DNA of 64,000 nt, from contig OZ251219.1 in assembly GCA_965240465.1 (NCBI GenBank), positions 192,001 through 256,000 of the forward strand, written 5' to 3'. This DNA comes from a bacterium. GTDB lineage: Bacteria > SAR324 > JACQKK01. The translations under genes and the position numbers were made by a program. Positions 1 to 10,666 of the stretch are shown in pieces. Numbering within the stretch: position 1 is the stretch's first letter; the number at the start of each line of letters is the position of its first letter. The notes beneath the pieces were generated by a model. The model made no database searches and was not told where the DNA came from. It was given only the letters and a program-made list of their open reading frames with translations.

Positions 1-592
1 TATTGTACGCTACCAAAGCTGGCACTGCCACAAACAACCCCGCAGCCGTAGCCACTAATGCCTCAGAAATCCCCGGTGCCACCACCGACAAACTTACCAA
101 ACCCGAAAGCCCAATAGAAGTAAATGCTCGTATTACCCCTAACACCGTCCCCAATAAACCCACATAAGGCGATGTACTAGCACTCAAAGACAGAAATATC
201 ATTCCACGCCGTAACCGCCGTAGCTGCATTCCAGCAGCCCCTTCCATCGCCCGTACCACACATTCCCTTATCCGTTCAGGCTCATCTTTCAAGCGATGGT
301 ACGCCTTGCCGAATTCCTGCCAGCCAGCTACATACATCCCCGCTAGTAACGACCCAGACTTGAGGGCTTCGTTCATCAGTTGCTGACGATAATCATTCGC
401 CTCCTCAGGAGTCATATGACTTAGCATTTGAAATCGTTTTGCAAATTTTTTGTTTTGAATCCTGATCCAGGAAAAAACCACCACCTTAGCAAAAACCAAC
501 GCCCAGCTACAAACACTGACAACCCCCAACAATAACAATATTAACAGCCCAGCCGTGTTCTCAGACAAGCCATCTGTCAGAATTCTCCACAT
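1..592 (-). CDS. tolQ: TolQ/ExbB/MotA proton-channel protein (3' end beyond window)
   Basis: Not in the ORF track. Hand translation from ATG at 592 (RBS GGAGG upstream) gives MWRILTDG...SPYVGLLGTVLGVIRAF...VAPGISEALVATAAGLFVAVPALVAYN; lies directly downstream of pal. Confidence 0.88.
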   Translation of the reverse strand, partial: MWRILTDGLSENTAGLLILLLLGVVSVCSWALVFAKVVVFSWIRIQNKKFAKRFQMLSHMTPEEANDYRQQLMNEALKSGSLLAGMYVAGWQEFGKAYHRLKDEPERIRECVVRAMEGAAGMQLRRLRRGMIFLSLSASTSPYVGLLGTVLGVIRAFTSIGLSGLVSLSVVAPGISEALVATAAGLFVAVPALVAYN

Positions 593-634
593 CAGTAACC
601 ACCTCCTTCCCCCTTTTCATTATTCCCCCTGTGG

Positions 635-1174
635 TTACTCTTCGGTAAATTCCACTCGCCGATTTTTCCGAAAAGCACTCTCACTGGAGCCAGTACTTAT
701 CGGACGCTCTTCTCCAAAGCTAACGGTACGAACCCTTTTCGCTGCCACCCCTGCCGCTAACAAAGCCCGCTTTACCGCATTAGCACGACGATGACCTAAG
801 GCTAAATTATAAGCATTAGTACCGCGCTCATCTGCATGCCCTTCTAGAACCAATTTGACAGAAGCATTAGCACCCAATCTCTTTACTGCAAAATTAACAA
901 CATCATTCGTACCAGGTCGTAACCTTGCACTATCAAAACCGAACAATACCACCCGATATTCATCTTGAAGTTCATATCTACCCTTCCCTTCTTTAGTAGA
1001 TTTCCCAGGTTCAGCGGCACCTTTTACGCTACAACCTCCAAACAGTAATCCCACTACCATAAATACAAATAGCGACCATCTCACAGATTTATTACCCATC
1101 ATAACCAAAATCGGACCTATACGTGCTCCTGTTTTTGAAAATCGCTCTGTTATAACACCCATTATTTTCTCCAT
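635..1174 (-). CDS. pal: OmpA-domain peptidoglycan-associated lipoprotein (Pal-like); true start probably at an internal Met
   Basis: Lipobox LFGGC; FGFDS; LEGHADERGTNAYNLALGHRRA; KNRRVEF. Confidence 0.85.
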   Translation of the reverse strand: MEKIMGVITERFSKTGARIGPILVMMGNKSVRWSLFVFMVVGLLFGGCSVKGAAEPGKSTKEGKGRYELQDEYRVVLFGFDSARLRPGTNDVVNFAVKRLGANASVKLVLEGHADERGTNAYNLALGHRRANAVKRALLAAGVAAKRVRTVSFGEERPISTGSSESAFRKNRRVEFTEE

Positions 1175-1370
1175 ATCATCGTGCTAAAAATATTTGGTTT
1201 GCATTTTACGCCAGCCTCCAGAGGTCATTGTTTCATGTTATTTAAAGATAAGCAATTAAATATCAAGAAAAATTTACTATTGTTTTCAGTACACTGTCCC
1301 TTATTTTGTTAGCCTTCTGCTAAATTGTACCTAGTTAGTACCTCGTCCCTTATTACATGCAAAAACAGCT

Positions 1371-2222
1371 ATGCAAACAATTCCTTGGAGCGTTTATTTG
1401 GATGGATCTCTACCCGGTCCCCTTAACATGGCCAGAGATGAATACCTCCTTCAATGTGCTCTCAAACATCAGCGAGCCTTCCTACGTTTGTATAGCTGGG
1501 ACATAACCACCCTCTCTCTGGGACGTTCTCAAAACCCGACCCGTGACATAAACCTTAAAGCTTGTTCGGAAAATAACATCCCCCTTGTCAGACGCATAAC
1601 CGGCGGACGCACTGTCATACACGGACAAGACCTTACCTACACTATCGCGGCTCCAAGAAATATATTTTCACAATCTGACCAAACCGGTCTCATGGATATC
1701 TACCGGCATATCAGCCAAATATTCTTTCATTTTTTTAGGTCTGTGGGCATCAATATCCAAATTCAGCCCTATACCCCTAAGCAACGTGCCAGATTGTCCA
1801 GCTCCATCTGCTTTGCCACTCCATCGGCCTTTGAATTATTATACCAAGGCAAGAAATTACTCGGCAGTGCCCAAAGAATGCTCCCTCACACCTTCCTACA
1901 ACATGGCTCTCTTCCTCTTTACCCCCAACACGAGCTCATCAAGCTCCTTTTTCTATCTCCCGAAAGAAAACTGATCCACAATAAAATGACCGACCTTTCT
2001 TCCATCAGTTCATCAAATCTTGCCAAAAGTACCTCCCAGCTACAAAAATTGCTCCTGAAAAGCTTTGAGAAAGTTTTAGGCATCCGTTTTTCGTTATCTC
2101 AGTGGCAAACCCATGACCACCAAGCCATCCAACAATTGCTACCCAATTATCCCCTTCTAAACTCTACAAACCTCCTGCCAGTCAACTCCGTGGGAACATC
2201 GCATACCACGCACTCCCCCTAA
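1371..2222 (+). CDS. Lipoate-protein ligase / octanoyltransferase (LplA/LipM family)
   Basis: NMARDE, RRITGGRTVIHG, GKKLLGSAQR and LQHGSL motifs. Confidence 0.85.
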   Translation: MQTIPWSVYLDGSLPGPLNMARDEYLLQCALKHQRAFLRLYSWDITTLSLGRSQNPTRDINLKACSENNIPLVRRITGGRTVIHGQDLTYTIAAPRNIFSQSDQTGLMDIYRHISQIFFHFFRSVGINIQIQPYTPKQRARLSSSICFATPSAFELLYQGKKLLGSAQRMLPHTFLQHGSLPLYPQHELIKLLFLSPERKLIHNKMTDLSSISSSNLAKSTSQLQKLLLKSFEKVLGIRFSLSQWQTHDHQAIQQLLPNYPLLNSTNLLPVNSVGTSHTTHSP

Positions 2223-2246
2223 TACTAAAGATTTAAGTACTCCCTC

Positions 2247-3428
2247 CTAATATCTTGGCAGTGAGGGGTCTATCTCCTTAGCCCAGCTGTCTATTCCCCC
2301 TTCTACACTGACAGCATTGAGGAAACCTTGTTCCTGCATTATACGCACCGCAGTTTCTGAGCGAATGCCATGATGACAATATACAAAAATCTTTTCCTCC
2401 TTAGGCAATAAATCCAAACCATTCGGCAAATCACCAACCGGAGCCAACCGTGCCCCCTTGATGCGTACCATGTCCCATTCATGAGGCTCTCTCACATCCA
2501 CCAGAATGACATTTCCCTTGCCCATGGATTGCTGAAGTTCTCTCACTGTTGCAGTTGGAACAGGAGTTTCCTCTGTTTTTTTCTCAGCAGTGTCCGCCTG
2601 ACTGGCATTCACAAATGATTCATAATCCATAAAACCTCTCAGACTGGGGTTATCTCCGCAAAGCACACACTTCTTGTTTTTTGCCATTTGCAGGGTTCGG
2701 ATGCTCATATCTAAGGCATCATACAGAATCAACCTATTTTTCATGACCTTGCCAATACCCACGATAAACTTTATCGCCTCGGTGGACATCAGCAAACCCA
2801 CCACGCCTGGGAGCACGCCTAAGACACCTGCTGTGTTTCAATTCGGTGCCAGGCTAGGCGGCGGCGGGACCGCGTACAAACAACGATAACAAGCCCCTCC
2901 CTCACGCGGAATAAACAAACTAACTTGTCCTTCAAATCTAAAAATAGATCCTGATATCAATGGCAAACCCGCGAACCACGCCGCATCGTTCACTAAATAT
3001 CTAGTTTCAAAATTGTCCGAACAATCCAGCACTAAATCCCAATCAGCAAAGATAGACTCCACATTCTCCACCGTTAAACGCTCCCGATACTCCTTCACCT
3101 CTACATAAGGATTCAGAGCCTTGATGCGACGCACCATTGATTCTGACTTTGGCCGGCCAACACTGGCGGTGTCATGGGCAATCTGCCGATTGAGGTTGCT
3201 TTCTTCTACCAAGTCGTTATCCACCACTCCTATAGTACCCACTCCTGAAGCTGCCAAATAAATCCCCACTGGCGAGCCTAATCCACCTGCCCCAATGTAC
3301 AACACCCGTGCCTGCTTCAAACGCAACTGCCCCGCTACTCCCACCTCCGGCAAAATTAAATGACGATTGTATCGCCGGCTCTCATCAGGCGACAACATTT
3401 CATCTGGTGTTCTATCCGACATCCACAC
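2247..3428 (-). CDS. moeB: MoeB/ThiF adenylyltransferase fused to a C-terminal rhodanese domain (MoeZ type), with an in-frame TGA at 2838-2840 (probable selenocysteine)
   Basis: ORFs 2838-3428 and 2247-2816 share one frame: GAGGLG...DNFETR...CYRC...PPPPSLAPN-TGA-NTAGVLGVLPGVVG...CVLC...rhodanese loop CHHGIRS. Confidence 0.88.
2790..2837 (-). promoter_or_regulatory. Candidate bacterial SECIS hairpin immediately 3' of the UGA
   Basis: Hand fold: lower stem CAGCAG/UUGCUG, upper stem GCUC-CCA/UGG-U-GGGU, apical loop GGCG starting 31 nt after the UGA. Confidence 0.5.
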
Positions 3429-3638
3429 TCTCCAAAGACCTAATTCATCCCATCTATCCCTGCAAAAACCCCCCCTCCACAGTACTCATTCCCTTGTTTT
3501 AATACAAGCACTAAAATTATTTCCACCCCCAGGTAAAGTCATTGATTTTCTATATCTTTAGGTGAATAATTCACTATATGCATGTATGCATGTGCTGTCA
3601 ATACCGTCCATTCAGCAATAAATTCCCAGAAATTAACC

Positions 3639-3667
3639 TTGACGAAGACACTAATAAGCGTTATGCT
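3639..3667 (+). promoter_or_regulatory. Sigma70-type promoter of the hrcA operon
   Basis: TTGACG-N17-TATGCT directly upstream of the CIRCE. Confidence 0.75.
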
Positions 3668-3670
3668 ACT

Positions 3671-3697
3671 CTAGCAGTCTCAATGAGATAGTGCTAA
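3671..3697 (+). promoter_or_regulatory. CIRCE element (HrcA operator)
   Basis: CTAGCAGTC-N9-TAGTGCTAA versus consensus TTAGCACTC-N9-GAGTGCTAA, upstream of hrcA. Confidence 0.85.
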
Positions 3698-3717
3698 CAA
3701 CCACGGATGTCAGAAAC

Positions 3718-3759
3718 CATGAATACTGGGGCATGAATACTGGAGCATGAATACTGGAG
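3718..3759 (+). repeat. 14-bp tandem repeat x3 in the hrcA leader
   Basis: CATGAATACTGGGG, CATGAATACTGGAG, CATGAATACTGGAG, then a partial GAATACTAG. Confidence 0.9.
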
Positions 3760-3818
3760 ATAGCAGAGAATACTAGCCGTAGCAACACCGATTGAGCAAG
3801 TTATGTAGGTTACAAGAT

Positions 3819-4859
3819 ATGAAGAAAGAGTCAATAGAAGAAATGGATGAGCGTACTCGCACGGTGCTGTTTGCCATTGTCCGTTATACAATTTCCACAG
3901 GGGAAGCGGTGGGATCGCGTGCTTTGAATCGTGAGCTAGATTTAGGATTATCTGCAGCCACTATTCGGGGGGTAATGGCAGAATTGACGGAACAAGGATA
4001 TTTACTGCAATCGCATATATCGGCGGGGCGTACTCCTTCAGAGCATGCGTATCGCATGTACGTGAAGCATTTAGATATTTCCAATCCTTCATCGGATGTT
4101 TGTCGGTTGATTGAAAGCACCATTGGCAATGGAGAATTAGGCCTGAATGAAATACTTAAGGAAGTGACTCAGATATTGTCTAGCCTAACCAATACGGTAG
4201 GGATGGTAACCACTCCCAAGGGATTCACTCGGTTGCGCAAATTAGAATTTGTTCTCGTGGATGAAAAGCGTATTTATGTGGTGTTAATCGCAGATTGCAA
4301 TATGGTGTATCAGGGTTTGGTGAGGGTATCTCAGCCTATGAACGAAGAAGAACTCCGCCGTCTTAGTGCACACTTAAATAGGCAATTTGCTAGTCAAGAA
4401 ATGGAAGAAGCCTCTGAGCAGGTGTGGAAGATTCTCACTGAAGAACAAGACGAATACCCAGAGCTATTTGCCCAAGTAGCCCGCATAAGTAAGAGAGCCC
4501 TTAATTTGCCTCGCCAACGAGAAATATTTGTGGACGGTCGACAAAACCTGATGCGAGGTTTTGATAATGTCAAACTGTTGCAAGAGCTGATTATGCTACT
4601 GGAAAGCAAATCTTTCTTGATTAAACAACTGGAGACCATGCTAACAGAAGAACAACCCAGGAAAGTACGAGTGACTATCGGTTCAGAAAATCCTCCCCAC
4701 TTATCTCAGTGTGCGATGGTAGCTGCGGCTTATGGTGATGGAGAGGAAAAACTCGGTGAACTAGGGGTACTCGGACCTGCTAATATGGATTATCAAAAAA
4801 TAATCCCAGTGATTGATTACACCGCCAATTACCTCTCTAATGCAGTAAGTACCTGGTAA
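3819..4859 (+). CDS. hrcA: Heat-inducible transcription repressor HrcA
   Basis: GEAVGSR, LSAATIR, HISAGRTPS, GVLGPANMDY; precedes grpE-dnaK. ATG 3819 preferred over TTG 3792. Confidence 0.95.
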   Translation: MKKESIEEMDERTRTVLFAIVRYTISTGEAVGSRALNRELDLGLSAATIRGVMAELTEQGYLLQSHISAGRTPSEHAYRMYVKHLDISNPSSDVCRLIESTIGNGELGLNEILKEVTQILSSLTNTVGMVTTPKGFTRLRKLEFVLVDEKRIYVVLIADCNMVYQGLVRVSQPMNEEELRRLSAHLNRQFASQEMEEASEQVWKILTEEQDEYPELFAQVARISKRALNLPRQREIFVDGRQNLMRGFDNVKLLQELIMLLESKSFLIKQLETMLTEEQPRKVRVTIGSENPPHLSQCAMVAAAYGDGEEKLGELGVLGPANMDYQKIIPVIDYTANYLSNAVSTW

Positions 4860-4905
4860 TCGCCAAAAAGTATCTCTTTAATTTTTTAGTAATAAAACTT
4901 ATAAC

Positions 4906-5634
4906 ATGAGTAAGTCAAAGCAGCCTGATTCTGTAAGTCATTCTCTACCTGAGGAGGTTGATTCTCCGTCTGATCAGTCATCCACTAATCGTCAAACACC
5001 CAAAGAGGATGCCTCTACGGACATAAATGATACCAACAACTCCCCCCGCAACAACTCCCCGCTATCTGAGACACCACCTGTCCAACCAGACCCAAAAACT
5101 GCCGAATTAACCTCCCAACAATGGCAGGAAAAGTACCAAGCCGCCCAGCAAGAAGCCTCACAAGCACAAGACCAAGCACTGCGATCTCAAGCTGAATTAG
5201 AAAACTTCAAAAAACGTATTCTTCGTGAGCAAGAAGAAGCTTTGCGTTACGCTAATGCAGCCATCCTCAAAGACTTTCTGGGAGCCCTGGACAACCTAGA
5301 GCGAGCAATAGCGGCTACCCACACAAATAATTCCTCTGGCGGAAAAGCCCTGCAAGAAGGAGTTTCCATGGTGGCAAACCAGATACAAGAAATTTTCTCT
5401 CGCCACGGCATGGAGCCCATCCATGCTCAGCCCGAGGCTCCTTTTGACCCAGACTCCCAAGAAGCAATCTCTACCGCCACCAGCAATATCATTAAGGCTG
5501 GACACATAATAGATGTGTTTCAAGTGGGCTGGAGATATCATCAGCGAGTACTTAGACCCGCTAGAGTGAGTGTTGCCAAAAGTCCTGACAGCGATAACCT
5601 TGGCAAAGTATCGGCTGGTAAGGAAAAGAAATGA
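4906..5634 (+). CDS. grpE: Nucleotide exchange factor GrpE
   Basis: AELENFKKR, DNLERA, PFDP, RVLRPARVSV. Confidence 0.95.
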   Translation: MSKSKQPDSVSHSLPEEVDSPSDQSSTNRQTPKEDASTDINDTNNSPRNNSPLSETPPVQPDPKTAELTSQQWQEKYQAAQQEASQAQDQALRSQAELENFKKRILREQEEALRYANAAILKDFLGALDNLERAIAATHTNNSSGGKALQEGVSMVANQIQEIFSRHGMEPIHAQPEAPFDPDSQEAISTATSNIIKAGHIIDVFQVGWRYHQRVLRPARVSVAKSPDSDNLGKVSAGKEKK

Positions 5635-5701
5635 TTTTGCAATCCGAAATTTATTTTAATTTTTATATGACTGTTATTCCCAATTATATGAGGTACAAAA
5701 C

Positions 5702-7615
5702 ATGGCAAAAGTTATAGGCATTGATCTTGGCACTACCAACTCTTGTGTAGCGGTAATAGAGGGGGGAGACCCAAAGGTTATCACCAACGCCGAAGGGGCT
5801 CGCACTACCCCATCTATGGTGGCTTTCACTAATAAAAATGAGCGTTTGATTGGTCAAGTAGCTAAAAGGCAGGCCATCACAAATCCCAGCCGCACCATCT
5901 TTGCCATTAAGCGTTTGCTGGGTAGAGCATTATCCTCGCCCGAAGCCAAAAAGGCATCCGGAAGCTGTCCCTATAGCATCGTCAAGGATGGTAATTCATC
6001 CGTGGCAGTATCTATTGATGATAAAATCTTCTCCACGGCTGAAATTTCATCCTTCGTGTTGCAAAAAATGAAGCAAACTGCCGAAGACTACTTAGGTGAA
6101 AACGTCAAAGAAGCAGTGATAACAGTACCCGCTTACTTCAATGATGCCCAAAGACAAGCCACCAAGGATGCCGGACGCATTGCCGGATTGGACGTATTAC
6201 GCATCATCAACGAACCTACCGCCGCTGCTCTCGCCTATGGTCTAGATAAAAAGAAAGATGAAAAAATCACCGTTTATGACCTGGGAGGAGGCACCTTTGA
6301 TGTCTCCATTTTAGAATTGGGAGACGGTGTGTTTGAGGTAAAATCCACCAATGGCGACACTTTCCTGGGCGGTGAAGATTTTGATGACCGCATAATTGAT
6401 TATCTGGCAGAAGAGTTCAAAAAAGACCAATCAATTGATTTGAAACAAGATAAAATGGCTTTGCAGCGTCTGAAAGAAGCTGCCGAAAAAGCCAAGCATG
6501 AGCTATCCTCTGCTATGGAAACCGAAGTCAATCTGCCCTTCATCACCGCGGATGCCTCTGGTCCTAAGCATATGAACATTCTCCTCACCCGCTCCAAGCT
6601 GGAGCAGCTGGTTGAAGATCTAGTACAGAAAACCTTAGAGCCCTGTAAAAAAGCTTTCAAAGATGCCAAACTCAATCCCAAGGATATTGATGAGGTCATT
6701 CTAGTGGGTGGCATGACCCGCATGCCACGCATCCAAAAGGTAGTCCAAGATTTCTTTGGCAAGACCCCTCACCGCGGAGTTAATCCCGATGAAGTAGTAG
6801 CTATGGGAGCAGCTATCCAAGGGGCTGTACTCAAAGGCGATGTCAAAGATGTTCTGTTACTGGATGTAACTCCTCTCTCTTTGGGCATTGAAACCATGGG
6901 AGGCATAATGACTAAGCTCATTGATCGTAATTCCACTATTCCCACCAAAAAGAGCCAAATTTTCTCAACTGCTACCAATAACCAGCCTGCTGTCAGCGTC
7001 CACGTGTTGCAAGGTGAACGATCAATGTCTGCAGATAATAAAACCATGGGCAGATTTGAACTCACTGGCATACCTCCTGCTCCCAGAGGACAACCCCAAA
7101 TTGAAGTCTCCTTTGATATTGATGCCAACGGTATCGTCCATGTATCCGCTAAGGACTTGGGAACAGGCAAAAGTCAAGATATTCGAATAACTACCTCCAG
7201 CGGACTCTCAGAAGAAGAAATAGAACGCATGCTCAAAGAGTCTAAAGAATATGCCTCTCAAGATGTCAAAAGAAAAGATGAAGCTGAGGCAAAAAATAAT
7301 GCCGAACACATGATTTATGCCGCCGAAAAGTCTCTCGCAGAAGCTGGCGAAAAGGTCTCTGCTGATACCAAGAAGAAAGTACAAAGCTCCATTGACAGCG
7401 TAAAGAAAGCCGTCACTTCAGGAGATATTGACAAAATTCGCACCGCTTCAGAAACCTTGAGCAAAGATTTCCAAGAGCTAGCTATTGCTATTCAGCAACA
7501 AGAACAGAGCAAAAAAGACTCAAAAGAAGAAGATAGCTCAAATGATAAAGCAGCTGAAAAAAACAAAGATGACGTAGTGGAAGCTGACTTCAAAGAGGTA
7601 GATGACCAAAAATAG
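5702..7615 (+). CDS. dnaK: Chaperone DnaK
   Basis: [30 protein letters not shown]. Confidence 0.99.
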   Translation: MAKVIGIDLGTTNSCVAVIEGGDPKVITNAEGARTTPSMVAFTNKNERLIGQVAKRQAITNPSRTIFAIKRLLGRALSSPEAKKASGSCPYSIVKDGNSSVAVSIDDKIFSTAEISSFVLQKMKQTAEDYLGENVKEAVITVPAYFNDAQRQATKDAGRIAGLDVLRIINEPTAAALAYGLDKKKDEKITVYDLGGGTFDVSILELGDGVFEVKSTNGDTFLGGEDFDDRIIDYLAEEFKKDQSIDLKQDKMALQRLKEAAEKAKHELSSAMETEVNLPFITADASGPKHMNILLTRSKLEQLVEDLVQKTLEPCKKAFKDAKLNPKDIDEVILVGGMTRMPRIQKVVQDFFGKTPHRGVNPDEVVAMGAAIQGAVLKGDVKDVLLLDVTPLSLGIETMGGIMTKLIDRNSTIPTKKSQIFSTATNNQPAVSVHVLQGERSMSADNKTMGRFELTGIPPAPRGQPQIEVSFDIDANGIVHVSAKDLGTGKSQDIRITTSSGLSEEEIERMLKESKEYASQDVKRKDEAEAKNNAEHMIYAAEKSLAEAGEKVSADTKKKVQSSIDSVKKAVTSGDIDKIRTASETLSKDFQELAIAIQQQEQSKKDSKEEDSSNDKAAEKNKDDVVEADFKEVDDQK

Positions 7616-7743
7616 TACCTTGTCTTATTCCTCTGGCATCGTTATATCTCTAGTATTTCGTGTTCTAGCATTGTCATGCTTCCATGGTAGAATTTTTGCT
7701 ATACAATTAAAAGCCATGCTAAAAGTATGCATGCTATTTGCAC

Positions 7744-7769
7744 ATATTTTACTTTATTAAGTAAAATAT
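7744..7769. other. Perfect AT-rich inverted repeat between dnaK and dnaJ
   Basis: ATATTTTACTT-TATT-AAGTAAAATAT. Confidence 0.6.
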
Positions 7770-7799
7770 TAACTGTTATCCCAGTCCCGAGAGAGAACG

Positions 7800-8906
7800 G
7801 TGTCCAAAGACTACTATAAAATCCTGGGTATAGATCGCACCGCCAGTGATGAAGAAATCAAACGCACTTACCGCAAGTTGGCGATGCGTTTTCACCCTGA
7901 CCGTAACCATGGCGATAAAGAAGCCGAACGTAATTTCAAAGAGGCTTCAGAGGCTTATGCTGTACTAAGTGATTCATCTAAGCGTGCCCAGTATGATCGC
8001 TTTGGGCACGTGGAGGGGATGCCAGATTTTGATTTTGAATCTATATTTTCCGGTGCAGGCGGTTTTGGTGATATATTTGGCGATATTTTCAGTGATTTCT
8101 TTGGCGGAAGTCGTTCTAGTACACGCCGGATCAGGAGGGGAAATGATTTACAATATAACTTAGAGCTAAGTTTCAAAGAGGCTACTTTTGGTGTTAAGCA
8201 TCACATTGAAATACCACGCAAAGATGAATGTCCCCGTTGTGAAGGATTGGGGGCACAATCGGCAGCAGATATTCAAGTTTGCCCTATTTGCCAGGGTTCC
8301 GGGCAACAACGCATGCAGCAAGGATTTTTTGCTGTGGCTACCACCTGTTCTCAGTGCGGAGGAAAGGGCAAAATCATTGCTATTCCTTGCAAACAATGCA
8401 AGGGCTATGGAGTAACCAAGCAGAATCGTCGCATTCAAATTTCCATTCCCCCTGGCATACATGACGGCACCCGACTCAGACTAAAAGGCGAGGGGGAAGC
8501 CGGAGAGCAAAAAGGTCCTCACGGAGATCTTTATCTCAGGGTTCGTGTTCTCAGTCACCCCATTTTTGAGCGCGGCGATGAGAACGATATCGTCTGCCAC
8601 ATGCCTCTTGACTTTATTTCAGCAACCCTAGGAGGAGTGATAATTGTTCCCACCCTGGACAGCAAGGTTAGCCTTAAAATCCCCCCGGGTACAGAAAGCG
8701 GCAAAACCTTCCGCATTAGAGGGCATGGCATTTCTAGCGACCACTCCAAAGGTGATCTTTATGTCCGATTTACCATTGTCGTTCCATCGCGAATGAGCAA
8801 AAAACAAAAACAAATCTTAGAAGAATTTCAATCCTTGCAAGAAAAAGATAGCTCTGCTCACTACCCAGCCCAAAAAGACTTTGAGCAAAAACTAGCCAAA
8901 ATCTAG
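7800..8906 (+). CDS. dnaJ: Chaperone DnaJ
   Basis: J-domain HPD, G/F-rich region, four CxxCxGxG repeats. Confidence 0.98.
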   Translation: MSKDYYKILGIDRTASDEEIKRTYRKLAMRFHPDRNHGDKEAERNFKEASEAYAVLSDSSKRAQYDRFGHVEGMPDFDFESIFSGAGGFGDIFGDIFSDFFGGSRSSTRRIRRGNDLQYNLELSFKEATFGVKHHIEIPRKDECPRCEGLGAQSAADIQVCPICQGSGQQRMQQGFFAVATTCSQCGGKGKIIAIPCKQCKGYGVTKQNRRIQISIPPGIHDGTRLRLKGEGEAGEQKGPHGDLYLRVRVLSHPIFERGDENDIVCHMPLDFISATLGGVIIVPTLDSKVSLKIPPGTESGKTFRIRGHGISSDHSKGDLYVRFTIVVPSRMSKKQKQILEEFQSLQEKDSSAHYPAQKDFEQKLAKI

Positions 8907-8943
8907 CTTCCGCTTAATCCATGATAAATATTTTCTTACAACA

Positions 8944-9780
8944 CTAATTCTTTTTGCTCTGGCGTTTTATCGATGCTGGGATAGTTTCGCCTATCATTCC
9001 TTCGCTAGGGGAAGATGACTGAGCAGACTGTCTGGGAGGAATACGCCCTGCATGATGAGCATAAAAACCAGCTTCGCAAGCCAAAGCCATGGCACGTGCC
9101 ATACCAGGAGGGTCTTCTGCCTCGGCAATGGCTGTATCAATAAGAACACCATCGCATCCTAGTTCCATAGCCTGAGCAACATCAGAGGCAGTACCGATGC
9201 CGGCATCAATAATCACAGGGCATGAGAGTCTTTGGCAGATCAGAGATATATTATAAGGGTTAAGAATTCCCATGCCCGAACCAATAGGTGCCCCCAGAGG
9301 CATTACCGCCGCACAGCCGATTTCAGCCAATTTCTGGCAGGTGATGGGGTCATCAATGCAATAGGGAAGCACCTCAAATTTAAGGCGATTGAGTTCACGA
9401 GCTGCTTGAAGGAGTTTTTCAGCATCGGGATAGAGTGTGTATTCATCGGCAATAACTTCCAACTTGATGAGATTTGTTTGCAGTGCTTCCCGGGCTAGTT
9501 CCGCGGTGTAGACAGCTTCTTTGACGGTATAGCAACCTGCGGTATTGGGAAGTACCTGTACTCCTTCTTTTTTAAGGATGGAAAAAATATCTTGCTGGTT
9601 GGTATTAGGGGTCATCCTTCTTAGAGAGACGGTAGCTAGTTTAGAGCCACTGGCACGGAGAGATTTCAACATCATCTGCTGGCTGGGGTATCGGGCTGTA
9701 CCCAGGATGAGGCGAGAAGGAATTTTATGACTGCCGAGACAGAGTCCGTCTGCAAAATATGGGCGGCATGAGAGTGACAT
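8944..9780 (-). CDS. thiG: Thiazole synthase
   Basis: LPNTAGC, IKLEVI, AVMPLGAPIGSG, DAGIG. Confidence 0.97.
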   Translation of the reverse strand: MSLSCRPYFADGLCLGSHKIPSRLILGTARYPSQQMMLKSLRASGSKLATVSLRRMTPNTNQQDIFSILKKEGVQVLPNTAGCYTVKEAVYTAELAREALQTNLIKLEVIADEYTLYPDAEKLLQAARELNRLKFEVLPYCIDDPITCQKLAEIGCAAVMPLGAPIGSGMGILNPYNISLICQRLSCPVIIDAGIGTASDVAQAMELGCDGVLIDTAIAEAEDPPGMARAMALACEAGFYAHHAGRIPPRQSAQSSSPSEGMIGETIPASIKRQSKKN

Positions 9781-9843
9781 AGTCTTGGGCTGCTTATTTA
9801 ATAGATAAACAGGAAGCTAGAATACAATACGAGGAGAAAAAGA

Positions 9844-10050
9844 TTATCCCCCCATTACAGCGGTTAAAATTTCTAATTGCTCGCCACCTTCAATAACGGT
9901 ATTATGCCAGTGATCGGAACTGATGATTTTACCATTCAGGCTGATGGCAATTGCTTCAGTTTGAGGAACTAATTTCTTCAACAATTGGCTTAGGGATGTT
10001 TTACTAGGCAGCTGTTCGGATTTACCGTTGATGTGGATAATGATACTCAT
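9844..10050 (-). CDS. thiS: Sulfur carrier protein ThiS
   Basis: 68 aa from ATG 10050: MSIIIHING...C-terminal GG; upstream of thiG. Confidence 0.92.
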   Translation of the reverse strand: MSIIIHINGKSEQLPSKTSLSQLLKKLVPQTEAIAISLNGKIISSDHWHNTVIEGGEQLEILTAVMGG

Positions 10051-10222
10051 GGCAACAATATAAAGATAAAATACCCTTTGGTAAGAATATAAATACAGGA
10101 CGCTTTTTGAAAAAATAAGATATTTTATATTATTGCAAAAAATAGGCACACATAGATTATTTTATTCACGGAGCATCCTTGGCTACGAAATACCTCCTGA
10201 TGTGTAGACCATATATTTTAAC

Positions 10223-10250
10223 TTGCATTGAGACAAAATTATCCTATAAT
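10223..10250 (+). promoter_or_regulatory. Putative sigma70 promoter
   Basis: TTGCAT-N16-TATAAT upstream of the ORF at 10298. Confidence 0.5.
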
Positions 10251-10297
10251 AGCGTGTTTGTTGTTACAATTTACTCTATGTACCTGGAATAAAATAA

Positions 10298-10609
10298 ATG
10301 GAAAGTATGTTATCCGATGATAGTCAGGAAAATGTCAATCGTGGGTTGATGTTGTTGATTTCCGGTGGAGTGACTGTACTCCTTAAGTGGGTGTTACCAT
10401 CTGTGGCTCCGTTTGCGGTGGTCGCTTATGGGGTTTATCGCTTGTATACTCGCAATTTTCAAGAAGGGGGCATTGCCATTTTGGTGGCCTTGTTACTATT
10501 GTGGCAACGTGCTGCGGTGGGATGGCTGTTGTGGTCTGTAGGAGCATTAATGGCAGGGTTAGGCTTGTTCTTGCTGATAGCAGGCCTCAGAGAGCGACTA
10601 ACTAAATAG
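10298..10609 (+). CDS. Small hypothetical membrane protein
   Basis: 103 aa with about 4 hydrophobic segments. Confidence 0.7.
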   Translation: MESMLSDDSQENVNRGLMLLISGGVTVLLKWVLPSVAPFAVVAYGVYRLYTRNFQEGGIAILVALLLLWQRAAVGWLLWSVGALMAGLGLFLLIAGLRERLTK

Positions 10610-10666
10610 CTTCTGAGATTTTAGCACTAGCTGATTTATTCTGGATCACACAAAAGTAGAATTAAA

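Noticed and set aside
2247-3428. moeB as a pseudogene, or genome-wide UGA reassignment
   Set aside because: There is only one lesion, exactly at the conserved Cys, and both halves are intact. TGA acts as a normal stop for grpE, the RSH gene and others.
10051-10290. TPP riboswitch upstream of thiS-thiG
   Set aside because: No CTGAGA or ACCTGA...GNAGGGA consensus on the minus strand.
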